From contig LCCV01000004.1 of assembly GCA_000998135.1 (NCBI GenBank), positions 85,681 through 149,680 on the forward strand: 64,000 bases of DNA. Direction: 5' to 3'. Source of the stretch: Parcubacteria group bacterium GW2011_GWA2_42_14 (GTDB taxonomy: Bacteria; Patescibacteriota; Minisyncoccia; Sungbacterales; GWA2-42-14). The position numbers and the translations under genes are program-made. Positions within the stretch are counted from its first letter, which is position 1, and the number at the start of each line of letters is the position of its first letter. The notes beneath the pieces were generated by a model. That model was not told the origin of the DNA. It saw nothing but the letters and a program-made list of their open reading frames with translations, and searched no databases. Shown here piece after piece: positions 27,474 to 37,386 of this stretch.

Positions 27474-27980
27474 ATGAAAAAAAATACGAACATAATTATT
27501 ATCGGCGTAATTTCTGTTTTGGTTCTGGCCGGACTTATTTGGTTCGCGCGTCCATCGCCCTCAAACAATAATAATTTGGCAAACGTAAGTTCCGGCCCTC
27601 CTGCTTCGTTGGGCGCGGAAGAGTCGGATTTTGATTTCGGTCAGGTTTCCATGGCTTCGGGAAAAGTCAGCCATTTATTCAAGATTAAAAATACCGGAGG
27701 GCAAGATTTGGCAATAAATAAAATGTACACATCCTGCATGTGTACTATTGCCACTTTAATTAGCGGCGGTAAAAAATTCGGTCCTTTCGGCATGGCCGGA
27801 CACGGTTTTATTCCGAAGATTAACGCGAGTGTTGTTTCGGGAAGCGAGGCAGATGTTGAAGTTGTTTTTGACCCGGCCGCTCACGGCCCCGCCGGGGTGG
27901 GGCTTATTCAGCGCGTAATATACCTTGAAACTTCAGCCGGAGAAAAACAATTCGGGATAAAGGCGGTAGTTATACCTTAA
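27474..27980 (+). CDS. DUF1573-like Ig-fold metal-binding protein
   Basis: DFDFGQV, FKIKNTG, TSCMCT, GMAGHG, FDPAAHGPAGVG. Confidence 0.85.
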   Translation: MKKNTNIIIIGVISVLVLAGLIWFARPSPSNNNNLANVSSGPPASLGAEESDFDFGQVSMASGKVSHLFKIKNTGGQDLAINKMYTSCMCTIATLISGGKKFGPFGMAGHGFIPKINASVVSGSEADVEVVFDPAAHGPAGVGLIQRVIYLETSAGEKQFGIKAVVIP

Positions 27981-28086
27981 CAAATATGCTGTTCTCTAAT
28001 CAATCTCTAATTTTATTCGCGAATGGTTCGACGAGCTCACCACAGGCATTCGCGAACTAATTCGCGATTGATTAGCGATAACATTT

Positions 28087-28878
28087 TTGGAAAAATCAAA
28101 ATTAAAAATAATTATCCTGATTGTTATTGCTGTAATCCTTTCTGGCATGTTTCTTTTTTTCCGTTTCAGCCCAACCGGAACGTCTGTTTTATGGAATTGG
28201 TCGGGCGGAGGCAGGATTTTACTGCCGCTGGTTTTGGTGTCGGCTTTGATTGACAGTGTTAACCCCTGCGCGTTTTCCATTTTGCTCCTGACCATAGCTT
28301 TCCTTTTCAGCATCGGTTCGTTAAGAGCCAGCATTTTGAAAATAGGCAGTTCCTATATTTTCGGAATTTTCAGCGCTTACATTCTCATAGGTCTTGGAAT
28401 TTTGGGAACTCTGCATATTTTCAATACTCCGCATTTCATGGGGCGTCTTGGCGCGATTCTTCTTATTATTCTTGGCATAATAAATCTTATAAACGAGTTT
28501 TTTCCGTCTTTCCCTGTAAAACTGAAAATTCCGCAGTCAGCTCACCATAAAATGGCAGAACTTGTGAATAAAAGTTCGTTGCCGGCCGCTTATTTTTTGG
28601 GAGTACTGGTGGGGCTTTGTGAATTTCCCTGCACCGGCGGGCCGTATCTTATGGTTCTCGGGCTTTTGCATGACACCAAAACCTATTTTTCCGGAGTCGG
28701 TTACCTCTTCCTCTATAATGTTATTTTTGTCCTGCCGCTGGTAATAACTCTTTTATTGGCAAGCAATAAACTGCTTTTGCAAAAAGCGCAGATTTTATAC
28801 GGCAAGGAAAAAAGATTGATGCGATTGGGAGGAGGGATAGCGATGATAATTCTTGGGGTAATTATTCTTTTATTTTGA
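28087..28878 (+). CDS. CcdA/DsbD-like transmembrane electron-transfer protein
   Basis: DSVNPCAF and CEFPCTGGPY; multiple TM helices. Confidence 0.88.
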   Translation: MEKSKLKIIILIVIAVILSGMFLFFRFSPTGTSVLWNWSGGGRILLPLVLVSALIDSVNPCAFSILLLTIAFLFSIGSLRASILKIGSSYIFGIFSAYILIGLGILGTLHIFNTPHFMGRLGAILLIILGIINLINEFFPSFPVKLKIPQSAHHKMAELVNKSSLPAAYFLGVLVGLCEFPCTGGPYLMVLGLLHDTKTYFSGVGYLFLYNVIFVLPLVITLLLASNKLLLQKAQILYGKEKRLMRLGGGIAMIILGVIILLF

Positions 28879-28882
28879 ACTT

Positions 28883-29392
28883 ATGGCCATTGTTTTTGCG
28901 ACAATCTTATTTCTTGCCATTACCGCCTTTGTTTGGCTACTGAACAAAGTTTTTCCTTTTGAAATTTGCCCGATTTGTGCCGGAGTCAGCGGTTCTTGGC
29001 TTTTGCTTTCTGCCGGTATCGTTTTTGGATTGCTGCCGCCCGATTCAATCGGGCGAGCCTCGCCCCTTTGGGGCGGGGAAGCCGGAAGCTGGCAGTTGGC
29101 GGTTGCGCTCGCCATGGGCGGTTCGGTTGTTGGCATTGCTTATAAAAGCGAGTATATGTTTTCGTGGGGCCGTAAAAATCCATTGCTTTGGAAATTGACG
29201 ATAATCGGCATCGGCATGCCGCTTGCTTATTTGGCGGTAAATATTTTGAATTTGAAGGTTTTTATTGCGGAGGTCGTGTTTCTTTTAGTTCTTACATATA
29301 TATTTTTCGTGAGAACACCTGAAAGAAAAATAGCGGCCGCAAGTAATGGTCAAATTAAAGAATTAGAAGATAAATTAAAAAATTGCTGTTAA
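28883..29392 (+). CDS. Hypothetical membrane protein (CPIC, C-terminal CC)
   Basis: TM helices, ICPICAG, ends KNCC; contains an in-frame palindromic insert. Confidence 0.8.
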   Translation: MAIVFATILFLAITAFVWLLNKVFPFEICPICAGVSGSWLLLSAGIVFGLLPPDSIGRASPLWGGEAGSWQLAVALAMGGSVVGIAYKSEYMFSWGRKNPLLWKLTIIGIGMPLAYLAVNILNLKVFIAEVVFLLVLTYIFFVRTPERKIAAASNGQIKELEDKLKNCC

Positions 29393-29446
29393 GATTTTGT
29401 CCAAAATTGTGAAGTTGGACCAAAACAATTTTGGCAATAAAATTTT

Positions 29447-30550
29447 ATGAAAAACTTAGAACAAGAAAAAATATCGGATTCTTCCGCCGGTGAAGCCGTT
29501 GGAGAAAATCAAGCGGTTGAAGAAACTAAGGAGGAGAAAAATAAAATATCTCCGCTGGGCTGGATTATCGGTACTTTGGTTATTGTTGTTTTGTTTTCGC
29601 AGTTTTTTGAAGTGGATTTTAAATTGCGTACTCCGTCAAAATCAGCCAAAGAACAAGCGGCAGTTGTTCAAAACATTTCTTATGAAGAGCCGGCATCGGC
29701 GAATAAATCCGATCTGGAAGAAAAAGTTCTGCCGTCTGAAGGAATTGTTTTGCCGGTACGCTGGGGCGATTTGGGGGTAAAAATGACAAGTGTTGGCGTT
29801 ATTGACCGGAATAAATTGGAAACGCTTTATGCCGAGCGCGCCGCCTCATCAGGGGCGAGCCTCGCCCCTTCGGGGCGGGGAGGATTGAGTGATGAAGAAA
29901 AAAAATTTCTTGACGGAAGCGATAACGGAAACATAAAAATTACCGAAGAAAATTCCGGTTTTGTTTTGAATCTTTTTTGGGCGCTCGGTCTGGGAACAAG
30001 AAACAGCATATTGGAAAGCGGCCCCATGCAAAATTACGGCGGTATAGGAAATTTCGCATCCGTCGGCGGTTGGACTCTTGCCGAAGGCAGCGCCATGAAC
30101 CATTACAGCCGCCATCCTCTGGTTGTTTTAACAAAAGAACAACAGAAATTAGTTGAAGAGGTAAGTAAAAATATTTTCCGGCCTTGTTGCAATAACCCGA
30201 CTTATTTTCCCGACTGCAATCACGGCATGGCTATGCTCGGGCTTTTGGAACTTATGGCATCCCAAGGAGTTTCCGAAGAGGAAATGTATCGCGTAGCGCT
30301 TGAGGTAAATTCATTCTGGTTTCCGGACCAATATTTAACCATTGCTAAATATCTGGAATCAAAAGGTGTTGCTTGGAAAGATGTTGTTCCTAAGGAAATT
30401 TTAGGAGCAAAGTATTCAAGCGCTTCCGGGTTTAGCAATATTGCGAGTGAAATTGAGCCGGTGGAAAACGGCGGCGGCTCTGGCTGCGGGGTTGAAAGCG
30501 GCGCACCCGCGCCCAGAGAAAACAGGGGTAGTGGCGGATGCGGCGTATAA
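29447..30550 (+). CDS. Hypothetical membrane-anchored Cys/His-motif protein
   Basis: FRPCCNNPTYFPDCNHGMAM; C-terminal GGCGV twice; contains an in-frame palindromic insert. Confidence 0.82.
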   Translation: MKNLEQEKISDSSAGEAVGENQAVEETKEEKNKISPLGWIIGTLVIVVLFSQFFEVDFKLRTPSKSAKEQAAVVQNISYEEPASANKSDLEEKVLPSEGIVLPVRWGDLGVKMTSVGVIDRNKLETLYAERAASSGASLAPSGRGGLSDEEKKFLDGSDNGNIKITEENSGFVLNLFWALGLGTRNSILESGPMQNYGGIGNFASVGGWTLAEGSAMNHYSRHPLVVLTKEQQKLVEEVSKNIFRPCCNNPTYFPDCNHGMAMLGLLELMASQGVSEEEMYRVALEVNSFWFPDQYLTIAKYLESKGVAWKDVVPKEILGAKYSSASGFSNIASEIEPVENGGGSGCGVESGAPAPRENRGSGGCGV

Positions 30551-30578
30551 CAAAACTCGGTCTTGTAATTATATGTAT

Positions 30579-31046
30579 ATGAGAAGCGTAATATTAAAAT
30601 CAGCTGGAAAAGGATTTTTGGCCGCTGGCGGATTGGTTGGTATTTATTTTTCTGTCGTTATTTTAATTTCAGGGGCAAGTTTTGCTTTAAGCCAATTTTA
30701 CGAATTCTGGTATTTTATCATTGCTTTGGCTTTGGGATTTGGCGTTCAGGTCGGTTTATATACTTATCTTAGAAACGCGATTTTAGAGCGGGGTTCGGCC
30801 GGAAAAGTTTTGGCAGTTTCCGGCGCTACTTCAACTTTGGCCATGATTTCTTGCTGTTCGCATTATTTGGTAAATATTCTGCCGGTCATTGGAGTTACGG
30901 GAATTATCAGCATTATAGGCCAATATCAGATTGAATTTTTCTGGGTTGGTTTGATTTTTAATTTGGTTGGCATTGTTTATATCGCAAGAAAAATATTTAA
31001 TTTCGTGTATAAGAATTCCGAGACAATCCAAAAACTGTCATCCTGA
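30579..31046 (+). CDS. Hypothetical membrane protein (SCCxH motif)
   Basis: GFGVQVGLY, AMISCCSHY; four TM helices. Confidence 0.8.
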   Translation: MRSVILKSAGKGFLAAGGLVGIYFSVVILISGASFALSQFYEFWYFIIALALGFGVQVGLYTYLRNAILERGSAGKVLAVSGATSTLAMISCCSHYLVNILPVIGVTGIISIIGQYQIEFFWVGLIFNLVGIVYIARKIFNFVYKNSETIQKLSS

Positions 31047-31128
31047 GCGATAGCGAAGGATCTCCGGCTGGTGAAATTAGCTTAAACTTGAGATTCTTCC
31101 CCTTCGCACGGCTCAGGGTCAGAATGAC
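31036..31128. repeat. REP doublet (TGTCATCCTGAG...CAGAATGAC)
   Basis: TGTCATCCTGAGCGATAGCGAAGGATCTC...GAGATTCTTC...GTCAGAATGAC; supplies the stop codon of the upstream gene. Confidence 0.8.
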
Positions 31129-31140
31129 GACAACTTGAGT

Positions 31141-31593
31141 ATGAATAATAAACTTTATATTTTGGGAATAATTTTTGTTTTTGGTCTGATAATTTTAGGG
31201 GTTTTTCGCGCGCCCAAGGACAAAAACCCGGAGCCGAAAAAAACGCTTGTTATCAAAGAAACGGCGGTTTGGGAATCCAAGACCAATGCCGAGGGTGCGG
31301 TAACTGTTACGGTAACCCCCAAGAGTTTAACCGGCACCGTATGGAATTTTGAAATATCGTTAAGTACTCATTCCGTTGAGTTGGATGAAGATTTAACCAA
31401 GGATGTTGTTTTGCTTGACGAAAGCGGAAAAGAATTTAAACCGATTTCCTGGGAAGGGGACGGGCCGGGCGGTCATCACCGGGAAGGGGTTTTAAACTTT
31501 ATGGCGATTGAACCAAGATCGTCCTCAGTTGAATTGAAAATCAGGGATATCGGTGAAATAAAAGAAAGAATTTTTCAATGGGATATTAAATAA
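31141..31593 (+). CDS. Hypothetical exported protein (THSV, GGHHR motifs)
   Basis: N-terminal TM; STHSVEL, WEGDGPGGHHREG. Confidence 0.8.
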   Translation: MNNKLYILGIIFVFGLIILGVFRAPKDKNPEPKKTLVIKETAVWESKTNAEGAVTVTVTPKSLTGTVWNFEISLSTHSVELDEDLTKDVVLLDESGKEFKPISWEGDGPGGHHREGVLNFMAIEPRSSSVELKIRDIGEIKERIFQWDIK

Positions 31594-31595
31594 TT

Positions 31596-34058
31596 ATGGA
31601 ACATAATCATAAAATTGAAAAAGAGGTTGAAAAAGAATCTTACTGTGTTTGCGGTAATGGGTGTTTATGTTGGAGCGCTGAAAAGTTAAGCGTAAATTGC
31701 GGTTGCGGTATGGAGGCCAAGCAGTTTGAATATAAAATGGATAAAAAGTGCTGTCATACCGAACACGGGCACGGCGGAGAGCCAAAGAATGATGAAAAAA
31801 TTGTTTACCCCGTTAGAAGTCCGGAAGTGCCTTTGTCTTTAGGGCTGCCTAAGGGCGAAGCCGATTTACATCATGGTTTTTCATCAGACATGAAGCCCTC
31901 TTTGACTTCTAACGTGGTTTACACCTGTCCGATGCATCCCGAAGTCGTAAAAAATGAACCCGGGCTTTGTCCCGGCTGCGGCATGGCGCTCGTGCCAAAA
32001 AAAAGCGAAGAATACGGTGGAAAAGATTTTTCAAAAATAAGTCATAAAGACCACGAAGCGGCAATGACCAATCCGGAGATGGCTAAAAAGATGGAAGTGG
32101 ATATGCGGCGCCGGTTTTGGATTTCTTTTCTTCTTTCTATTCCTGTCGTTTTGTATTCTCCTTTGGGGCTCAACTATTTCAAACTTAATCTTCCGACTCC
32201 GATTCCGGCAAGCTGGCTTCTTTTTCTTTTAACTACGCCGATTGTTTTTTGGACCGGCTCAATTTTCATTACCGGCACTTATTATTCGTTTAAGGCCAAA
32301 AAACTCAATATGGCGGTTTTGATTGCTACGGGAGTTTTGGCGGCATATCTTTTCAGTGTTTTATTTACGTTCATCCGGCCGGAGTCGGAAACATTTTATG
32401 AAGCCGCGGCTTTGCTTGTAACTTTCGTTCTTTTCGGCCATTGGATGGAGATGAAATCACGCCGAGGCACCTCGGATGCCCTACGCGCTCTTTTTGACCT
32501 TGTACCGCCGAAAGCAAATGTTATTCGCGGGGGAAAAGAAATGAACATACCAAGCGCTGAAATAGTTCATGGCGATATTGTTGTGTTGCGTCCCGGAGAT
32601 AAGGTGCCGGTTGACGGAGAAATTATTGAGGGCGAGTCCTCCGTTGATGAATCGCTGGTAACCGGAGAATCTATTCCGGTTTCCAAAACTATTGGCGCGA
32701 AAGTAATTGGCGGTTCGGTAAATCAAACCGGCATGGTCAAATTTAAAGCCGTTCAAGTCGGTTCAGAAACCGTTTTGGCGCAAATCATCAAACTTGTTGA
32801 AACCGCCCAGAACTCCAAAGCTCCGGGACAGCGTATTGCCGATAAAGCGGCCGGGTGGCTCGTTATTGTTGCCATTGGTTCGGGTCTTGCCGCGTTTTTG
32901 GGATGGTATTTCGGCGCGGGCGCCGGCTTTCTAACAGCGCTTACTTTTGCAGTTTCCACTATTGTGATTGCCTGCCCCGATGCTTTAGGCCTGGCAACGC
33001 CAACGGCAGTTGCCGTGGGAACCGGAATCGGCGCCAAACATAATATTCTTATTAAGGACGCGGCCACGCTTGAAAACACTTCCCGTCTTAATGCTATCGT
33101 GCTTGATAAAACCGGAACGCTTACGGAAGGAAAACCGAAAGTTACCGATGTCGCCGCTTTCAACGGTTTTACGGAACGGGAAATACTTAATTATGAAGCT
33201 AGTGTTGAAGTCGGTTCAAACCACCCCCTTGCTAAAGCGATAATGGAAGAAGCAGAAAGGCGGGGCGCTATGCCGCTTGAATCGATTGGTAAATTTGAAT
33301 CTATTCCCGGGCACGGTCTTAAAGCGGTAATTAACGAAAAAACGGTTTTTGCCGGAAAAGAAAAATTTCTGACTGATAATAGAATAGAGATCGGGAATGG
33401 TCGGACAGTACTTGATAAGCTGGCCGGTGAAGGAAAAACTTTAAGCTTGCTCGCGGTTGGCGGGATTTTTGCCGGGATAGTAGCGGCGGCCGATACAATA
33501 AAACCAAACGCGAAAAAAGCGGTTGAAGAACTTAAAAAACTCGGCATTGAAACAGCAATGATTACCGGCGACCATAAAAAAGTTGCCGAGGCCGTCGGTA
33601 AAGAATTGGGGATTGAGCGAATTTTTGCCGAAGTTTTGCCGGAAGACAAAGCCAAGTATGTTAAAAAATTGCAGGAGGAAGGAAAATTTGTGGCCATGGT
33701 GGGCGACGGCATCAATGACGCGCCGGCCCTTGCCCAATCGGATATAGGAATTGCTATCGGAGCCGGCACCGATGTTGCCAAAGAAACCGGAAATATTATT
33801 TTGGCCAAATCCGATCCCTTGGATATTGTACGCGCCATTCTTTTGAGCAAGGCCACCGTCCGGAAAATGAAGCAGAATCTTTTTTGGGCCGCGATTTATA
33901 ATATTTCAGCCATTCCGGTGGCGGCCGGCGTTTTTTACAGTTCGCTTGGCTGGTCTTTGCGGCCGGAAATTTCAGCTCTTCTTATGTCGGCCTCGTCTAT
34001 TATTGTCGCCACCAACGCGGTATTATTAAAAAGAGTTGAATCTTTCCTTAAGCAGTGA
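31596..34058 (+). CDS. copA: Copper-translocating P1B-type ATPase
   Basis: YTCPMHP..CPGCGM metal-binding domain, TGES, ACPDALGLATP, DKTGTLT, HPLA, GDGINDAP, YN and MSASS. Confidence 0.93.
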   Translation: MEHNHKIEKEVEKESYCVCGNGCLCWSAEKLSVNCGCGMEAKQFEYKMDKKCCHTEHGHGGEPKNDEKIVYPVRSPEVPLSLGLPKGEADLHHGFSSDMKPSLTSNVVYTCPMHPEVVKNEPGLCPGCGMALVPKKSEEYGGKDFSKISHKDHEAAMTNPEMAKKMEVDMRRRFWISFLLSIPVVLYSPLGLNYFKLNLPTPIPASWLLFLLTTPIVFWTGSIFITGTYYSFKAKKLNMAVLIATGVLAAYLFSVLFTFIRPESETFYEAAALLVTFVLFGHWMEMKSRRGTSDALRALFDLVPPKANVIRGGKEMNIPSAEIVHGDIVVLRPGDKVPVDGEIIEGESSVDESLVTGESIPVSKTIGAKVIGGSVNQTGMVKFKAVQVGSETVLAQIIKLVETAQNSKAPGQRIADKAAGWLVIVAIGSGLAAFLGWYFGAGAGFLTALTFAVSTIVIACPDALGLATPTAVAVGTGIGAKHNILIKDAATLENTSRLNAIVLDKTGTLTEGKPKVTDVAAFNGFTEREILNYEASVEVGSNHPLAKAIMEEAERRGAMPLESIGKFESIPGHGLKAVINEKTVFAGKEKFLTDNRIEIGNGRTVLDKLAGEGKTLSLLAVGGIFAGIVAAADTIKPNAKKAVEELKKLGIETAMITGDHKKVAEAVGKELGIERIFAEVLPEDKAKYVKKLQEEGKFVAMVGDGINDAPALAQSDIGIAIGAGTDVAKETGNIILAKSDPLDIVRAILLSKATVRKMKQNLFWAAIYNISAIPVAAGVFYSSLGWSLRPEISALLMSASSIIVATNAVLLKRVESFLKQ
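31808..31917. repeat. CCCCGTTAGA element, in frame inside copA
   Basis: CCCCGTTAGAAGTC...GACTTCTAACGTGG encodes PVRSP...GEADL...TSNV. Confidence 0.88.
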
Positions 34059-34244
34059 TTTTAGTTATAATTATTATTATATTTATCTTTGATTACGAAA
34101 TATAGTTATTGCCTGAGCTTGTCGAAGGCATACATTTATGGAAACCCTTCTCCGCCAGAGGCGGATCCGCCTCTGACGGAAACTCCATTGTGGCTCGCTC
34201 AGGGAATAAAACTCCGGCTATTTCGTAATTCAAGGTATACTTAA

Positions 34245-35345
34245 ATGATTAAAGTAATAAGCAAAAAAACAAAAAAGCAGGTTAAAAAGAGGGGGTTTCT
34301 TAAGGGAATAAAGGAAAAGGTTTCCAAGACAAGAAAACTGAACGATGCCATGGCCGCGTTAATTAAATTTGAAGAAAATCCCATAATCTCTCCGATTAGA
34401 GAGAATGAATGGGAGTCCTGGCAGACTTTTAATCCGGGGGCGATTCTTTTTGAAGACAGGGTTCACTTTCTTTATCGGGCCATCGGTTCGGACGGCATTT
34501 CCAGGCTGGGGTATGCTTCTTCCGGTAACGGATTTAAAGTTGATAAACGTCTTTCCTATCCGGTATATGAACATCGTCTGTCCGGCCTTTCTTATTTCTA
34601 TTCATCTTCCGGAGGAAGTTTTGGGGGATGCGAGGACCCGCGCCTGACGCGGGTAGGCAATGAAGATATTCTTTATATGACCTATACCGCCTGCGACGGG
34701 GGGTTGGGCGTAGCCCTGACTTCCATAGCCCTTGATGATTTTTTGAGCGAGCGGTGGAAATGGAAAACTCCCGTATTAATTTCCCCGCCGGGAGAAATTC
34801 ATAAAAACTGGGTTATTTTTCCGGAAAAAATTAACGGCCAGTACGCGATTCTTCACAGCGTTTGTCCTGAAATTTCCATAGAGTATCTTGATAATCTGGA
34901 GTTTGCCGGGGGACAGTATATTTACAGCCGTTATCAAAACACTGCCCGAAATAAATGCTGGGATAGTTGGATAAGAGGGGCGGGTCCTCCGCCGATTAAA
35001 ACCAAATACGGCTGGCTTTTGTTCTATCACGCCATTGATAATAGCGACCCCGGCAGATATAAGGTCGGTGCCATGCTTTTGGATTTGGACGACCCGACCA
35101 AAATTTTATATCGTTCGCCAGAGCCGATTTTAGAGCCGGAGGAATTTTATGAAAATCAGGGTTTTAAGGCCGGTGTGGTCTATGCCACCGGAGCGGCAGT
35201 TAAAAATGGAGAACTTTTTGTCTATTACGGCGGTAGTGACAGTTATGCGTGCGTTGCTTCGGCAAATCTGGAAGAGTTTTTGCAAGAGCTCAAAAAAGAA
35301 TTGAAGCCGAAACTTCAAAAGAGGGTGTTAAAAAATAAAAAATGA
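34245..35345 (+). CDS. GH130-like glycosidase/phosphorylase (single propeller)
   Basis: NPII, TFNPGA, GCEDPR, HKNWVIF, GWLLFYH, VYYGG. Confidence 0.9.
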   Translation: MIKVISKKTKKQVKKRGFLKGIKEKVSKTRKLNDAMAALIKFEENPIISPIRENEWESWQTFNPGAILFEDRVHFLYRAIGSDGISRLGYASSGNGFKVDKRLSYPVYEHRLSGLSYFYSSSGGSFGGCEDPRLTRVGNEDILYMTYTACDGGLGVALTSIALDDFLSERWKWKTPVLISPPGEIHKNWVIFPEKINGQYAILHSVCPEISIEYLDNLEFAGGQYIYSRYQNTARNKCWDSWIRGAGPPPIKTKYGWLLFYHAIDNSDPGRYKVGAMLLDLDDPTKILYRSPEPILEPEEFYENQGFKAGVVYATGAAVKNGELFVYYGGSDSYACVASANLEEFLQELKKELKPKLQKRVLKNKK

Positions 35346-37279
35346 TTGCAAAACGCTCAGAAGAAAATCCGATTCTAGTGCCGGATTCCAAGAGCGCCTG
35401 GGAGGCCGAGGCGGTTTTTAACGGTTGCCCCGCTAAAGTCGGAAAGAATTTTCATTTGCTTTACCGCGCTCAATCTTTGCCGATTTTTGTGTCCGGAAAT
35501 ACTCTGTCAATGTCGTCAATCGGATGCGCCTCCGGTAATGACGGTGTGCATTTTAAAAATCGAAGGCAGTTTATAAAGCCGGAGCAAGAATGGGAGCGCT
35601 TCGGATGCGAGGACCCCCGCGTAACCAGATTCAACGGTAAGTATTACATTTTTTATACCGCTCTTTCCCGATTTCCTTTTTGCGCCGACGGAATAAGGGT
35701 GGGATTGGCTATAACCAAAGATTTTAAAAAAATGGAAGCCAAGCACCAGGTTACCCCTTTTAATTCCAAGGCCATGGCTCTTTTTCCGGAAAGAATCAAC
35801 GGGAAAATGGCTGCCGTTCTTACGGCCAATACCGATAAACCGCCCGCTAAAATCGCTTTGGCGTTTTTTGAGAAAGAAGAGGACATCTGGTCACCTCCAT
35901 ACTGGAAAGCGTGGTATGAAAAACTTGATTCGTATAGTTTGACTTTGGCGCGTTCTGCCCGTGACCATGTTGAGATTGGCGCTCCTCCGATAAAAACAAA
36001 ATACGGCTGGCTGATTTTTTACTCTTACATTAAAAATTATTTTTCTCCGCCGGCGGTTTTTGGAGTGGAAGCGGCTTTGCTTGATCTTAAAAATCCTTTC
36101 AAGATTTTGGGGCGCATCGAAACTTCTCTTTTGATTCCGGAAGAAGAATATGAAAAATACGGCCGCGTTCCCAATATTGTTTTTCCGTCGGGCGCCCTTG
36201 TCAAAGGCAAAAAACTGTATCTTTACTATGGCGCCGCCGATACGGTGGTAAGTTTAGCCGAGCTTAATCTGAAAGACGTATTAAGCGAAATGCTTTCGGA
36301 AAAATTGAGAAAAATTGAAATGGTTCGTTCTCCGTCCAATCCTATTCTCGAACTTAGAGCCGAACATTCGTGGGAAGCCAAAGCGGTTTTCAATCCCGGA
36401 GCAATATATTTGTCCCAAAGGGTCCGCTTGATTTATCGCGCCATGTCTCCGGATAACACTTCTGTTTTTGGATACGCTTCCAGCCGAGATGGCTTTAAAT
36501 TTGATGAAAGAATTTCAGAACCAATTTATGTTCCGCGGGAAAATTTTGAGAAAAAAAATGTTCAAGGGGCAAATTCCGGCTGCGAAGATCCGCGGCTTAC
36601 CATAATCGGTAATATTATTTATATGTGTTATACGGCTTTTGACGGACAAGGGCCGGCCCGGGTGGCTTTGACTTCTATTCGCGTCAGCGATTTCCTTGCC
36701 CAAAAATGGAATTGGGCGAAACCGGTTTTGATTTCTCTTCCGGACATAGATGATAAAGACGCGGCCATATTTCCGGAAAAAATCAAGGGCAAGTACGCTA
36801 TTTTGCATCGTTTGGGAAATGATATCTGGCTTGATTACGCGGATAGCCTTGATTTTGACGGCAAGACATGGCTCAAAGGCGATATTATTATGAGACCGAG
36901 GCCGGGAGAGTTTGATTCCAGAAAAATCGGAATTGCCGGCCCGCCCATAAAAACTGAGGTCGGCTGGCTTCTTTTGTATCACGGTATATCCAAGAAAGAA
37001 AACCGGCATTATCATTTGCGGGCCGCTCTTCTTGGCCTTGACGATCCGTCCAAAGTCATTGCTCGCACAAAATACACGATAATTGAGCCGGAATTTCCTT
37101 ATGAAAAAGAAGGACAAACTCCGAATGTCATTTTTTCCTGCGGAGCGCTGATTTTAGGCGATAAATTATTTATTTATTACGGCGGCGCTGACCAAACGGT
37201 CGGCGTTGCCACATATAATCTTCCGGAATTTCTGGAAAAATTGCTTTGGGAAAAATTGCTGTCAGCGCCCCCAAAATGA
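35342..37279 (+). CDS. GH130-like glycosidase, tandem two-domain
   Basis: Two sets of VFN, CEDPR, GWL..Y, PN.VF..G and YYG motifs. Confidence 0.9.
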   Translation: MIAKRSEENPILVPDSKSAWEAEAVFNGCPAKVGKNFHLLYRAQSLPIFVSGNTLSMSSIGCASGNDGVHFKNRRQFIKPEQEWERFGCEDPRVTRFNGKYYIFYTALSRFPFCADGIRVGLAITKDFKKMEAKHQVTPFNSKAMALFPERINGKMAAVLTANTDKPPAKIALAFFEKEEDIWSPPYWKAWYEKLDSYSLTLARSARDHVEIGAPPIKTKYGWLIFYSYIKNYFSPPAVFGVEAALLDLKNPFKILGRIETSLLIPEEEYEKYGRVPNIVFPSGALVKGKKLYLYYGAADTVVSLAELNLKDVLSEMLSEKLRKIEMVRSPSNPILELRAEHSWEAKAVFNPGAIYLSQRVRLIYRAMSPDNTSVFGYASSRDGFKFDERISEPIYVPRENFEKKNVQGANSGCEDPRLTIIGNIIYMCYTAFDGQGPARVALTSIRVSDFLAQKWNWAKPVLISLPDIDDKDAAIFPEKIKGKYAILHRLGNDIWLDYADSLDFDGKTWLKGDIIMRPRPGEFDSRKIGIAGPPIKTEVGWLLLYHGISKKENRHYHLRAALLGLDDPSKVIARTKYTIIEPEFPYEKEGQTPNVIFSCGALILGDKLFIYYGGADQTVGVATYNLPEFLEKLLWEKLLSAPPK

Positions 37280-37386
37280 ATATTGCTAAACGCAATTGCG
37301 TATAATTTTGCGTATGAGCGGCGTTTAATTTTGCTTCTATGCTTTAAATAAAATACCGCGCTTGTGTTTGCGCGGCGTCAATAGAA

